Source: an uncultured Gammaproteobacteria bacterium
Lineage (GTDB): Bacteria > Patescibacteriota > Microgenomatia > UBA8517
Assembly (NCBI GenBank): GCA_964541395.1
Contig: CAZIPM010000006.1
Coordinates: forward strand, 7,169 to 71,168
Direction: 5' to 3'
DNA: 64,000 nucleotides
The first letter of the stretch is position 1. Every line of letters starts with the position of its first letter. The notes under the pieces were generated by a model, which was not told where the DNA came from, ran no database searches, and was given only the letters and a program-made list of their open reading frames with translations. A program made the translations under genes and the position numbers. Of the stretch, positions 52,013 to 61,510 are shown piece by piece.

Positions 52013-53491
52013 CTATATCTCGGAAATTCTATCCAAAAGATCGTCATCCCAAAATACCAATTTTTCTTCGGGAAACAAAAATGCTTTGTCGGGTGTTAAT
52101 TCTTTGATAAATTCCGCCGTGTGGGAGACAACAATCATTGTTCCTTTGTACTCTTTTAAAGACTCCAAAATAATTCTTTGTGACATAACATCCAGATATG
52201 TGGTTGGCTCATCCAAAATTAACAGGTTGTTATCCTCACCAGTTAGAATTGAAATTGACAGCCTGGTCTTTTCCCCTCCGGACAGGCTTCCCACACTCTG
52301 AAATACCTTGTCACCCGACAACATATATCTACCCAAAAAAGATCTGGCAAAACTTTCGTCTCTTTTTGTAGCTTCACAAAAAGTATCAATCACTGTCTTT
52401 GTAAAATCAAAGGTTTCAAATTCTTGGGAATAATAACCAATTAATAGCTCGGGGTGTTTATAAATTTCTCCGAAAGATGCATTTGTTAGACCCATTAATA
52501 TTTTTATCAAGGTACTTTTTCCTGTACCGTTTGCCCCAATTAATGCGATTCTCTGTTTTCTTATCAAACTTAAGTTCACATCACGCAAAACTGAGTTATC
52601 ACCAAAACTTTTTGAAATAGAACTGGCCTTAAGCACAAGCTCTCCTATTTTTTTAGGTTCAGGAAGTTTGACGGATATCTTTCTGAGATCAACCGGCATT
52701 TGCGGCAACAACATTTTTTCCTTTTCTATTTTTCTTTGCTGTTGAACCCTCCTTCTTACACCTTTTTTGGATGTAAACCTGGCCATTTTTTTAAGACCCT
52801 CCTCCATACTGTGGATATGTTTAGTTTTGACTTGTATTTGCTTTGAAAGAAGAGTTTCTTTTTCTTTTTTAAGACGGATATAGTCTGAATAATTACCTTT
52901 ATATTCGTCAATCGACTGCGTTACCGGGTTTACAGCCAATACTTTATTAATAGCTTTATCCATCAGGTTCAAATCGTGAGAGATAACAATTACGGTGCCT
53001 TCATATTCCGACAAAAATTTCATTACCCAGATTTTACCTGCCTTATCCATAAAGTTGGTTGGTTCATCCAAAAGTAATATATCCGGTTTTTGTAAGAGTG
53101 CTTTAGCTAAAGCAAGTTTTGTCTTTTGTCCTCCTGAGAGTTTATTTGGGTCTTGGTCAAGCTTAGTTATCAGTTCTAGACCAGAAAAAAGCCTTTGAAT
53201 TTCGTGGTTCTTTAAATTCTTTGAAGGGTTTAAGTATTCTTTAACGGTGGCTGATACCTCCATATCTGGGTCATACTTGATTTCTTGAGGAACCAACTTT
53301 ACCTTTCCGATTGTAGCTACCTTTCCACTAAAACCGTCATCTTCACCTGTAATTATTGAAAGTAAAGTTGACTTACCAGACCCATTCGGTCCGACAAGTC
53401 CCACTTTTTGTCCTTTACCCACAACAAAATTAACCTTAGTGTATAAAGGTTTGTCAGAATAACCAAATGTGAGATTGGTAATTTTCAACAT
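52013..53491 (-). CDS. ABC-F family ATPase
   Basis: Two ABC cassettes (GPNGSGKS, GANGTGKS, LSGG, LDEPT), no TM. Confidence 0.93.
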   Translation of the reverse strand: MLKITNLTFGYSDKPLYTKVNFVVGKGQKVGLVGPNGSGKSTLLSIITGEDDGFSGKVATIGKVKLVPQEIKYDPDMEVSATVKEYLNPSKNLKNHEIQRLFSGLELITKLDQDPNKLSGGQKTKLALAKALLQKPDILLLDEPTNFMDKAGKIWVMKFLSEYEGTVIVISHDLNLMDKAINKVLAVNPVTQSIDEYKGNYSDYIRLKKEKETLLSKQIQVKTKHIHSMEEGLKKMARFTSKKGVRRRVQQQRKIEKEKMLLPQMPVDLRKISVKLPEPKKIGELVLKASSISKSFGDNSVLRDVNLSLIRKQRIALIGANGTGKSTLIKILMGLTNASFGEIYKHPELLIGYYSQEFETFDFTKTVIDTFCEATKRDESFARSFLGRYMLSGDKVFQSVGSLSGGEKTRLSISILTGEDNNLLILDEPTTYLDVMSQRIILESLKEYKGTMIVVSHTAEFIKELTPDKAFLFPEEKLVFWDDDLLDRISEI

Positions 53492-53524
53492 GAAGCTATT
53501 ATAGCTTATTCAACTGAACGTTAA

Positions 53525-54271
53525 TTAACCATGAGGAACTAAAAGTAGAGTCAAGATAATTATACCCGATCCCAAAAGAAGCGGCAGAATTGATTTGACT
53601 TTACTGGTACTTCCTTCTTTAATTTTTGGTAAAAAGTCACTGGCTCCCAAATAAAGGAAAATTCCCGCAGACACAGCCATTAATGAGCCGTTTATATATT
53701 TATTTTCATTTAAAAAGTAAATTGCAAAGGCACCGACTACTGTCATTAAGGATGATATTATGTTGACATTTAAAATCCTTGCTCTGCTCCAACCTGCTTT
53801 TAAAAGAATTCCAAAATCTCCTATTTCATGAGGTACTTCATGTAAAAAAGTTGAAAGTGCGGTTACAAATGCAAGTCCCGGACTGATCATAAAACTTGCC
53901 CCAATTGCTATTCCGTCTATGAAATTGTGAATTGTATCACCAAAAATCACCAGACCTATTGAGGATTGTTTGATTTCTTTATGGTGGTCATCCTCATCCC
54001 CATGATGATGGATTCCAAAAAATAAATGCTCAAAAAGATAGACCCCTAAAAATGAGAAAAGAACTAGCCAGAGTGCCAGCTCTCCTATCTCATGTTCTGA
54101 TTCAGGAATAAGACCCAAAAGTGATACGGTTACCAATACACCTGCGGCAAATGGTACAGAATATTTTTCCAAAACATTGGATAGTTTTCTGTTGAATAAA
54201 AAAATGACTCCTCCAAAAAGTGCTATTACACTCCCTAGAAGTGCTAATAATAATAAATTAAGCTGTTCCAT
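53525..54271 (-). CDS. ZIP family metal transporter
   Basis: His-rich loop, HNFIDG, HEVPHEIGD. Confidence 0.93.
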   Translation of the reverse strand: MEQLNLLLLALLGSVIALFGGVIFLFNRKLSNVLEKYSVPFAAGVLVTVSLLGLIPESEHEIGELALWLVLFSFLGVYLFEHLFFGIHHHGDEDDHHKEIKQSSIGLVIFGDTIHNFIDGIAIGASFMISPGLAFVTALSTFLHEVPHEIGDFGILLKAGWSRARILNVNIISSLMTVVGAFAIYFLNENKYINGSLMAVSAGIFLYLGASDFLPKIKEGSTSKVKSILPLLLGSGIIILTLLLVPHG

Positions 54272-54349
54272 ATTATTTAGTATAGTTTACACATAGTATT
54301 TAGAATTCAAAAGTACGACTTTTAATTCGTATGAAAGTAGCAACAAAAT

Positions 54350-55537
54350 TTATAAGCTGCCAGAAGTAGTATCGACAATTTTAAGTCTATACTTTATATT
54401 TCTGTAGTAGAAATAAATCAGAATATTTATAAGGATTGTTGCAGATATTAATACCAGCAGATATAACCAACCGGCATTTGTAATTCTTGGTAATTCAGTT
54501 TTAGTTAGATATCCAACTATTCCGGAAATTACTCCAATACTCGTGATGAGCTGCAACGATTTAATACTATTGTTTAAACTTTGGTTTTCTATTTCTGTCA
54601 AAACCGAGGTTACATTTTTTACATAATCTTTTGTCATCATCCAAACCTCTTTAATGTATGCAAGTGTGTTTGATAACGTTTCGAATTTATAATCAAACAC
54701 TTTCACTAAATGTTCTTCTATTTTAAGCTCTGCTGAAATAGATTGTCTGGTTTTGATATAAGATCCCATTTGATTAATTCTGTTATTAATTAAATTTATT
54801 GATCTGTCGTAGCTTTCCAACCGCATTCTGTTTTTAACTATATCTTGTCCTCTTATGCTTCCTTTATCTTTGATATTAGTTATCTCCTCCCAAATTGTTC
54901 TGTGAATATTTAAGTACCTTTCTAGTTGGTCTTTGAATTCTCTGAAAAACACTTGCATTCCGACCAGATCCATGCTAGATTTAACATCTGCTTTATTGAC
55001 TGCAATTATTATGTAATCAGGTGTTTTAAATACATTAAATTTATCGGAATAGATTATTGAATAGACTTCACCAAATATGTTTTTATCTACCTTAAATAAT
55101 GAAGGGTCTGTTGTTTCAACTAGAACCACTGACGGATGATCTGACTTTATATGTGCAAGTACTTTTGGTGTGGGAGCACCTAGTGAGAAGATATATGAAA
55201 TTGCAGGATTAAGTAACTCGTTGTAAAATTTTTCCAGTTTATCTTTTGCAATATCTACAAAATCTGCTTCGGTCTCCAAGAGGTAAAGCCCATCCTCATA
55301 ATAATAAAGTGTTATGCCGTTATTATTCTTAGCTAAAACATATTCTAAGAAGTCATTTTCTCTGGTTACTTGTCTAAAATTCAACTTATTTTTTAATTCC
55401 AAAATCTTTTCTTTATTTAGTGGCAGGTTCGAATGTCCTAAAAATAGCAGGTCGTATATCTCGCTTAGGTGAAGAGTTGTTCTTTGATACCAGCCACCGT
55501 AATAAACTTTATATTTCATATTAGTTAATATTAACAC
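54350..55537 (-). CDS. Hypothetical protein with long helical region and two C-terminal TMs (CorA-like topology)
   Basis: Soluble N-terminus, coiled coil, two TMs; no GMN motif. Confidence 0.55.
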   Translation of the reverse strand: MLILTNMKYKVYYGGWYQRTTLHLSEIYDLLFLGHSNLPLNKEKILELKNKLNFRQVTRENDFLEYVLAKNNNGITLYYYEDGLYLLETEADFVDIAKDKLEKFYNELLNPAISYIFSLGAPTPKVLAHIKSDHPSVVLVETTDPSLFKVDKNIFGEVYSIIYSDKFNVFKTPDYIIIAVNKADVKSSMDLVGMQVFFREFKDQLERYLNIHRTIWEEITNIKDKGSIRGQDIVKNRMRLESYDRSINLINNRINQMGSYIKTRQSISAELKIEEHLVKVFDYKFETLSNTLAYIKEVWMMTKDYVKNVTSVLTEIENQSLNNSIKSLQLITSIGVISGIVGYLTKTELPRITNAGWLYLLVLISATILINILIYFYYRNIKYRLKIVDTTSGSL

Positions 55538-55603
55538 ATATTTAATTTACTATTTTCGTGTTGATATTGTAAAAAATTAATAGCTTTTTTGAAGTCTTGA
55601 GAT

Positions 55604-55915
55604 TTACTGTCTGATTATTAATAAAAACGCAATAAAAATTATTAGAATAACCAAAAGCGAAACCGTTGTAACCAAAATAACACTTGCTGCAGCTTGTTTT
55701 TTACCCTCAGTAAAAAGTTTGTATGGATAATAAAAAACTAGTAATCCGCAAATCATCGCTGAGACTAAAAACATTAGCAAAAAAGTAATCGGACCTAGAA
55801 TTGATTTCATCTGTCCAAAGATGGTTTCTCCATTCCACATTAAAAAACCGACTAAACTACAATACAAAGTAACACCCAATGCCTGAAGTAAACCTATTTT
55901 TTGTTCTTTTCCCAC
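55604..55915 (-). CDS. Small 3-TM membrane protein
   Basis: Hydrophobic profile. Confidence 0.7.
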   Translation of the reverse strand: MGKEQKIGLLQALGVTLYCSLVGFLMWNGETIFGQMKSILGPITFLLMFLVSAMICGLLVFYYPYKLFTEGKKQAAASVILVTTVSLLVILIIFIAFLLIIRQ

Positions 55916-56043
55916 CAGGTCTATTATACAACCGTATGCAAGCTGATGAAATTAATACTTAAGCCTTAACTGCATTCTGCAATATCTGGATATATTTGGC
56001 AGCATCTGGTAATATATGGTAATAATTATTTACAAACGTAATA

Positions 56044-57039
56044 ATGTTAATTCCACCCAAATATTTTCTGACTCCTAGTGTCTCAAGACTTCTTTCCGAA
56101 ATAGAAGGTTCGAAACAAGTGGTAGATTCGGTGAAAATTCCCTTGGAGGTTGAAGCAAACATCAGAAGAAAATCAACACTCCAAAGCTCCCTTTTTTCTG
56201 CACGAATTGAGGGCAATAACACAACTCCCGACACTCTTCCAAAACTGTCATCAAGTGACCTTAAGAAAGTGGAAATTAATAATGTACTCCGGGCAATTAA
56301 CTGGGCTGCTCAACGTTCTGCCCGTGATATCACAGTTAAGGATATTCTCAATTTACACAGTTTGGTAATGAAAGGAATTGATTTTGATGAACTTGGAAGA
56401 TTCAGGACTAAACACGAAGGAATATTTTCATCTGCAGGAGCAGTCATCTATCATGCTCCCCCTCCCAAATTAATCGTGGGTCTAATTGAGAGATTACTGA
56501 AATACGTCAACCGTAATAAAGAAATCTTTGTTCCAATACGGGCGATTTTGGCTCATTTCATTTTTGAAAAAATACATCCGTTCACTGACGGTTCAGGAAG
56601 AGTGGGAAGATTATTTCTTTTAATGGTTCTTTCAAAAGCCGGTTATGGCTTTAAAGGAATTCTGCCTATTGAAGAAAAAATTGATAAAAGAAGAGATATT
56701 TATTACAAAATGCTTGAGGAACCTGAAAGAGACGTAACAGACTATCTTGAATTCATGCTTGAGATATTAAATGAAGCTACTTCAGATACCAAAAAGAATG
56801 TTCTCAACTATCAGAAAATAACACCTTCTGATTTACTACTTCCCCGAAGATCTGAAATATTATCTATTATTAATGACCAAAAAATAATCAATTTTGATTC
56901 CATTAAACGAAGATTTAAAAATATCAATGAAAGAACTTTAAGATATGATCTTAAAAAACTGGCAGATAGTGGTTTTATCCAAAAACTAGGAACAACCAGA
57001 GGAGTATATTACAAATCACTAGAGAGCAAGAACGAATGA
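56044..57039 (+). CDS. Fic family protein (class II) with C-terminal HTH
   Basis: Inhibitory SARIEGN, HPFTDGSGRVGR, RTLRYDL wHTH. Confidence 0.92.
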   Translation: MLIPPKYFLTPSVSRLLSEIEGSKQVVDSVKIPLEVEANIRRKSTLQSSLFSARIEGNNTTPDTLPKLSSSDLKKVEINNVLRAINWAAQRSARDITVKDILNLHSLVMKGIDFDELGRFRTKHEGIFSSAGAVIYHAPPPKLIVGLIERLLKYVNRNKEIFVPIRAILAHFIFEKIHPFTDGSGRVGRLFLLMVLSKAGYGFKGILPIEEKIDKRRDIYYKMLEEPERDVTDYLEFMLEILNEATSDTKKNVLNYQKITPSDLLLPRRSEILSIINDQKIINFDSIKRRFKNINERTLRYDLKKLADSGFIQKLGTTRGVYYKSLESKNE

Positions 57040-57123
57040 GAAGATAATTATTGCCAAACCTGCAACCATTCCAACTACAGCTGGCCAACCCATACCTGTT
57101 TCAGGTATAGGTACAGGAGATGC
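57008..57123. repeat. 116-bp direct repeat, copy 1
   Basis: Identical to 57803-57918; imperfect similarity continues to about 57146. Confidence 0.95.
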
Positions 57124-57749
57124 GATGGGATCTTGTGAGATCGACATATCATTACTAAGTTAAATGGTCCTACTTAGCAGTTGACGAATAGTCTCTCTGA
57201 AGTTTTGGATTTATAAATCGCCTCTCTCTTGCAAAACCTGCCTTGCTAGTTCAATTGTTTGTTTAGTATCTCTCAACCAAACTTCTTTTCGTTCTGATGA
57301 TAAAACTATACCTCCTGGCGCTGCCATGCCAGTCGTTTCAATCGAATTTAACGTTTGTTCGCGACTTGGAATTACTTGATACATTAAAGTGTCTGATTTT
57401 ATACTCCTTAGGAGATTTAATTCATCTTGACGTTTTTCTTCATCACTCTTTGGTTTTGATGGTTCAACTGATCTTGAACTTCCTAAACCAAAACTATAAC
57501 CAGATCCGCATATATCGTCTTTATTTCTTTCTGACATATTATCTATCCAATCTTTCCTGCTGATTGTCCGCAACAGACGGATTTTTACTTGATTGGTATT
57601 ATAGATCTAAAACTATAACAAAATCAAGTACCGCTGTATGCTCGGAGTTTCCAGCATATGGTCAACTTTACGTCTTCCTTAGACGGTAGGGATTCAAACC
57701 TACTAACTACAACTGTGTTTACCACGTTAAACGTGGCCAAGCTTTGCTT
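57123..57749 (-). mobile_element. Group I intron (23S rRNA L1917-type), ectopic; 3' end uncertain
   Basis: P AUGCUGGAAA 57657-57648; Q AAUCAGCAGG 57565-57556; R-like 57200-57189; S-like 57152-57141; P1 with U.G wobble; P2, P2.1, P3, P5, P6 and P8 pairings. Confidence 0.8.
57211..57537 (-). CDS. Intron-encoded 108-aa hypothetical protein in the P6 loop
   Basis: ATG at 57537 follows the 5' P6a strand and the stop abuts the 3' strand; no LAGLIDADG, HNH or GIY motif seen. Confidence 0.6.
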   Translation of the reverse strand: MSERNKDDICGSGYSFGLGSSRSVEPSKPKSDEEKRQDELNLLRSIKSDTLMYQVIPSREQTLNSIETTGMAAPGGIVLSSERKEVWLRDTKQTIELARQVLQERGDL

Positions 57750-57790
57750 ATAGTTACTGCTGTCGTTTCACCGGAGCTTAAATTCAGGGC
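57750..57790 (-). rRNA. About 40-nt 23S rRNA-like fragment (H68/H69, ending at the U1917 equivalent) forming the intron 5' exon
   Basis: aatttaagctccggtgaaacgacagcagtaactat resembles conserved 23S aagccccggtaaacggcggccgtaactat. Confidence 0.7.
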
Positions 57791-57802
57791 AAAGTGTAAT
57801 AA

Positions 57803-57918
57803 ATTACAAATCACTAGAGAGCAAGAACGAATGAGAAGATAATTATTGCCAAACCTGCAACCATTCCAACTACAGCTGGCCAACCCATACCTGTTTCAGG
57901 TATAGGTACAGGAGATGC
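57803..57918. repeat. 116-bp direct repeat, copy 2
   Basis: Identical to 57008-57123. Confidence 0.95.
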
Positions 57919-58557
57919 AGTGGGACCCTGTGAGATAGACGTTGATGTAGCAGTTGGTGCAGCTGTTGCAGTCGATCCTGTGGATGTTGTAGTAGGTGTT
58001 GCAGTTTTGGCTACAGACGTGGAAGTATTTGTGGGTTTCACAGTTGCTGTTGCTGTTGGGCTACTTGCTGAAGTGGCGGTTGCTGTTGCTTTAGTAGTGG
58101 CGGTTGCTGTTGCTGTTGCAGTAGTTGTTGCTGTAGCAGTTGCAGTCGCCATGGCAGTTGCTGTTGGCAAGGATGTAGGCGTTGCAGTTGATTGAGGACA
58201 AAGGGACAGATTTGTTGTCCATGATCCACCGGCAGAAGGACAACAGTATTGAGAGCCTCCACAAACTTCTATTCTGCCTGCAGCATTACAAAGACTATCA
58301 ATGGGAGTATTATCTGCATCAGGAGGTGTACAGTTTCGAAGCAAATTGGGGTTTCCCGGAACAGGACATTGTTGAGCAGCGGGACAATTTGTGCTTGCCT
58401 GTTCTCTGATATCCTGATTTTGTTTGATAAGAAGAATTCCTGCTACCAAACCAATTACCACAACCAAAACTCCGATAATTGCCCAAATTATTTTTTTGTC
58501 GATTTTATTCCCTGTTTTTGGAGTTGTTCCTACAACTTTCAATTCACCATCTGCCAT
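57814..58557 (-). CDS. Surface protein: N-terminal TM, Cys-rich domain, Thr/Ala-rich stalk, LPxTG-like IPETG plus C-terminal TM
   Basis: NQDIREQA, Cys cluster, (TA)n repeats, PIPETG-hydrophobic tail. Confidence 0.8.
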   Translation of the reverse strand: MADGELKVVGTTPKTGNKIDKKIIWAIIGVLVVVIGLVAGILLIKQNQDIREQASTNCPAAQQCPVPGNPNLLRNCTPPDADNTPIDSLCNAAGRIEVCGGSQYCCPSAGGSWTTNLSLCPQSTATPTSLPTATAMATATATATTTATATATATTKATATATSASSPTATATVKPTNTSTSVAKTATPTTTSTGSTATAAPTATSTSISQGPTASPVPIPETGMGWPAVVGMVAGLAIIIFSFVLAL

Positions 58558-58652
58558 CTTTATACCTTACACTATTTAAGGGACTTGTTTCAACCTTAAA
58601 AATTGTTTATCATTTGTAGCTGTACTAAAGTCAGTTGTTTACTTAAATCTAT

Positions 58653-59039
58653 ATGGCAACCAAATTCAAAGAATATTTCGACAGAATGTTGGAAACGGAA
58701 AAGGAGCTTTTTGAAAAATTTCAAGATCTTCACGATAGATACTCCCTAAACCAAGAATCTATGCAGGACATATTTAACCAAGAAGGTGAAAAAATCATGA
58801 AAGTAATCAGGGAATGGGAGGCCAAACTGTGTAGTCAATCTGAAAAAGCGGGTTATGGTGGTTATACATCTAATCTCTCGGAAAAATTCTGGGGTGAAGT
58901 CAGAAATAAATTTCCAATGATTGACTTTATTGGAGTAATTTCAAAAACCAACACTATTCAACCTGCATATGCTGATATAAAATCTCAATTAAACAAACAG
59001 GAAAATCTATTTAAAATTAAAAAAATAAATCTTCAGTAA
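58653..59039 (+). CDS. Hypothetical protein
   Basis: 128-aa helical ORF. Confidence 0.75.
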   Translation: MATKFKEYFDRMLETEKELFEKFQDLHDRYSLNQESMQDIFNQEGEKIMKVIREWEAKLCSQSEKAGYGGYTSNLSEKFWGEVRNKFPMIDFIGVISKTNTIQPAYADIKSQLNKQENLFKIKKINLQ

Positions 59040-59677
59040 GTTATTTTTACTTTGCCACTTCCAAAAGTTATTTCAAAAGTATTTAAGGATTTAAGCTGTA
59101 CTCTATACAAGTTTCTACCTGCCCATAAACTTAAGTTTCCAGATGAAATTTGCGTCAGGCTGGAATTGTTACTCAAATTTATTTCACTACCATTAACGGC
59201 AATCCCATGGGTAACATCGTAAAGTCTGGCATAAGCAGTTCCGTTACTATGAGCTACTTTTAGATAAGCTTCCCATGAACTAAGTGCATTTAAGTTGTAA
59301 TCTTTTTCCAAATCCAAATAAAAATCGGTTCCTGGTGCATCGTACCAACTTGATGAGGTTGTAGTTATGGGACCACTTAAGGGAATATATGACACTTGAG
59401 TCTTTAACTGCTTAGAAAGAGGGGTTGAAGTTACTATCTTTGTTGATTCTTTTATAGTGCCGGACATTGATGACACAGCCTGAGAGACTGCATCATTGAT
59501 TCTTTTAATACATTCATTTCCACAATCGTTTACGCCTGAATTATTTGTTGTCTCAATTATTACATCTTGAGGTGTTGGAATTGAGTCTTTTGTTGTATCT
59601 TTGGAAACTAGTACCCAAGATACTGTCCCAAGTAACAAAAGTGTTAAGAAAAAATTAAAATAGACTAAAATCTTCAT
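59033..59677 (-). CDS. Membrane-anchored hypothetical protein
   Basis: N-terminal TM, CxxxC, beta-rich C-terminal domain. Confidence 0.75.
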   Translation of the reverse strand: MKILVYFNFFLTLLLLGTVSWVLVSKDTTKDSIPTPQDVIIETTNNSGVNDCGNECIKRINDAVSQAVSSMSGTIKESTKIVTSTPLSKQLKTQVSYIPLSGPITTTSSSWYDAPGTDFYLDLEKDYNLNALSSWEAYLKVAHSNGTAYARLYDVTHGIAVNGSEINLSNNSSLTQISSGNLSLWAGRNLYRVQLKSLNTFEITFGSGKVKITY

Positions 59678-59681
59678 TTAT

Positions 59682-61064
59682 TTATTTTGCTGGTTTATCC
59701 GACACGCTATATCCTAATTCTTCAATCTCTGCTCTTAATTTATCTGCTTCTTCATATTTACCTTCTTTTCTCAAATTTTCTCTTTTTTTGAGCAACACTT
59801 TGATATTGTCCGGAATTATTGTCTCAGTTACAGACAGATTCAATAAACCTAGTCCTAAAACCTCATCAAAACTAATAGCTAAGTCATATTTGTCTACAGC
59901 GGGAATATTACTTTTTAACATTTCCCAAAAAACTGCTAACGCCTGAGGAACATTTATGTCGTCCAGTAAAGATTCTCTAAATTTGTCTTGAAACTCCCCT
60001 ATCTTTAATTCTTTCTCTTGAGACAGAATTGTTCTTTCTTTGCTGTTTATATTTGCCTGAACCAAACTTCTCAATTTATCGAGTGCGTTTTTTGCAGAAT
60101 CTAATGATTCGAAGGAAAATCTAAGACCCTTTTTATAATGAGATGTTAAAATTAAATACCTCATAGACAGTGGGTCATATCCTTTTTTAACCAAATCCTG
60201 TGCGGTAACATAATTTCCGAGGCTTTTACTCATTTTCTCTCCCCCTTCACCAGTCAGCCAACCATTATGTAACCAATAGTTTGCAGTCCGCATACCGAAG
60301 GCAGCAAATCCTTGTGCAATTTCATTGGTATGGTGAACTTTAATGTGTTCAACGCCACCTGTATGAATATCGAAATTTTCTCCTAAATATTTTGTGGACA
60401 TTGCGGTACATTCAATATGCCAACCTGGATATCCTTCACCCCAAGGGCTTTCCCATTTCATAATATGATTTGGGTTAATTGCCCAAAGAAAAAAATCCCA
60501 TGAAAGCTTTTTTTCATTATCCACCTCAACATCTTCCCCGGATTTCATCTCGGCTAAATTAAGGTCACCAAATTTGGAATAATCAGAAAACTTACCAGTA
60601 TCATAAACAAGGCCTTTTTTGGTCAGATAGGCAAATTTGTTTTTCTCAATTTTTTGATTTAATTGGATTTGTTCCGGGATATTTTCTGTAGCTCTGCACA
60701 AAATATCAGGGGGTGTTATTCCCAGAAGTTTCATACTATCCTTAAACTGGTCGATATATTTATTAGCAACATCCCAAACTGATATTCCTTCTCTTTTTGC
60801 TCCTTTTTCCATTTTATCAAGACCAGTATCTTCATCCGAAGTCATGTGCCCAACATCTGTTACATTCATCACCCATTTGACTTTATAACCTATAAATCTT
60901 AAGGTTCTGACCAAGACATCCCACTGTACATACGCATACATATGACCTATGTGCTGATTCCAATAAACTGTGGGGCCACAAGAGTAGATACCTACTTCAT
61001 TTGCTTTATTTGCTACAAACTTTTCTTTTTTACCTGTTAATGTATTTGATAAATATAAATCCAT
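59682..61064 (-). CDS. cysS: Cysteinyl-tRNA synthetase
   Basis: [33 protein letters not shown]-like domain. Confidence 0.97.
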   Translation of the reverse strand: MDLYLSNTLTGKKEKFVANKANEVGIYSCGPTVYWNQHIGHMYAYVQWDVLVRTLRFIGYKVKWVMNVTDVGHMTSDEDTGLDKMEKGAKREGISVWDVANKYIDQFKDSMKLLGITPPDILCRATENIPEQIQLNQKIEKNKFAYLTKKGLVYDTGKFSDYSKFGDLNLAEMKSGEDVEVDNEKKLSWDFFLWAINPNHIMKWESPWGEGYPGWHIECTAMSTKYLGENFDIHTGGVEHIKVHHTNEIAQGFAAFGMRTANYWLHNGWLTGEGGEKMSKSLGNYVTAQDLVKKGYDPLSMRYLILTSHYKKGLRFSFESLDSAKNALDKLRSLVQANINSKERTILSQEKELKIGEFQDKFRESLLDDINVPQALAVFWEMLKSNIPAVDKYDLAISFDEVLGLGLLNLSVTETIIPDNIKVLLKKRENLRKEGKYEEADKLRAEIEELGYSVSDKPAK

Positions 61065-61073
61065 AAGTCTATT

Positions 61074-61277
61074 CTAATCTGGTGAATGCATTTTGTGAAC
61101 TAGATTAATTCTATGCTTTTTAGATAACAGTTTCTTTGCAAAGTTTTCTAAACTGATATTCTGCTTACTTAACCTAAACTCATTATCCCAGTAATTGATT
61201 TCGAGCCAAATAATGTTTCCCTTTTCATCTTCTGCCCTGTATTTGGCATTATCAATGTAATATTTTGTAATTTTCAT
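61074..61277 (-). CDS. Small hypothetical protein
   Basis: 67-aa ORF directly upstream of cysS. Confidence 0.6.
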   Translation of the reverse strand: MKITKYYIDNAKYRAEDEKGNIIWLEINYWDNEFRLSKQNISLENFAKKLLSKKHRINLVHKMHSPD

Positions 61278-61289
61278 ACTTTAGAAAAC

Positions 61290-61356
61290 TAAAAAACTCC
61301 CCTTCGGGAGCTTTGTCAATTAAAACCAAAAAACTCCCTGGTTATCGTGGGAGTTT
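61290..61356 (-). terminator. Two tandem intrinsic terminators
   Basis: On the minus strand: aaactccc...gggagttttt and gctccc-gaa-ggggagttttt. Confidence 0.7.
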
Positions 61357-61452
61357 ACAAGCGACACTCTTTTCACCTAAAATTAGCCTACCATCTATTT
61401 TTACTAAATGGTGCGCCCTCTCAAAAACATCCCTATCATAGAAAGATGACAT
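61342..61452 (-). CDS. 36-aa leaderless small ORF
   Basis: MSSFYDRDVFERAHHLVKIDGRLILGEKSVACKLPR*; TATAAT 7 nt before the ATG. Confidence 0.4.
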   Translation of the reverse strand: MSSFYDRDVFERAHHLVKIDGRLILGEKSVACKLPR

Positions 61453-61510
61453 ATTTGTATTATAATTTGATTTTTAAAAAAGTAAATATATATAGGTAAA
61501 GCCATTTTTT

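Noticed and set aside
57683-57703. tRNA T-arm remnant (GTAGGTTTGAATCCCTAC on the minus strand)
   Set aside because: No cloverleaf; better explained as intron P2.
57008-57945. DGR template/variable repeat pair
   Set aside because: Mismatches are clustered at one edge and are not adenine-specific; no reverse transcriptase in the window.
57940-58195. (GTTGCT)n-like repeats and antisense Val/Ala or poly-Gln ORFs
   Set aside because: Low-complexity coding of the Thr/Ala stalk; the other ORFs are shadows.
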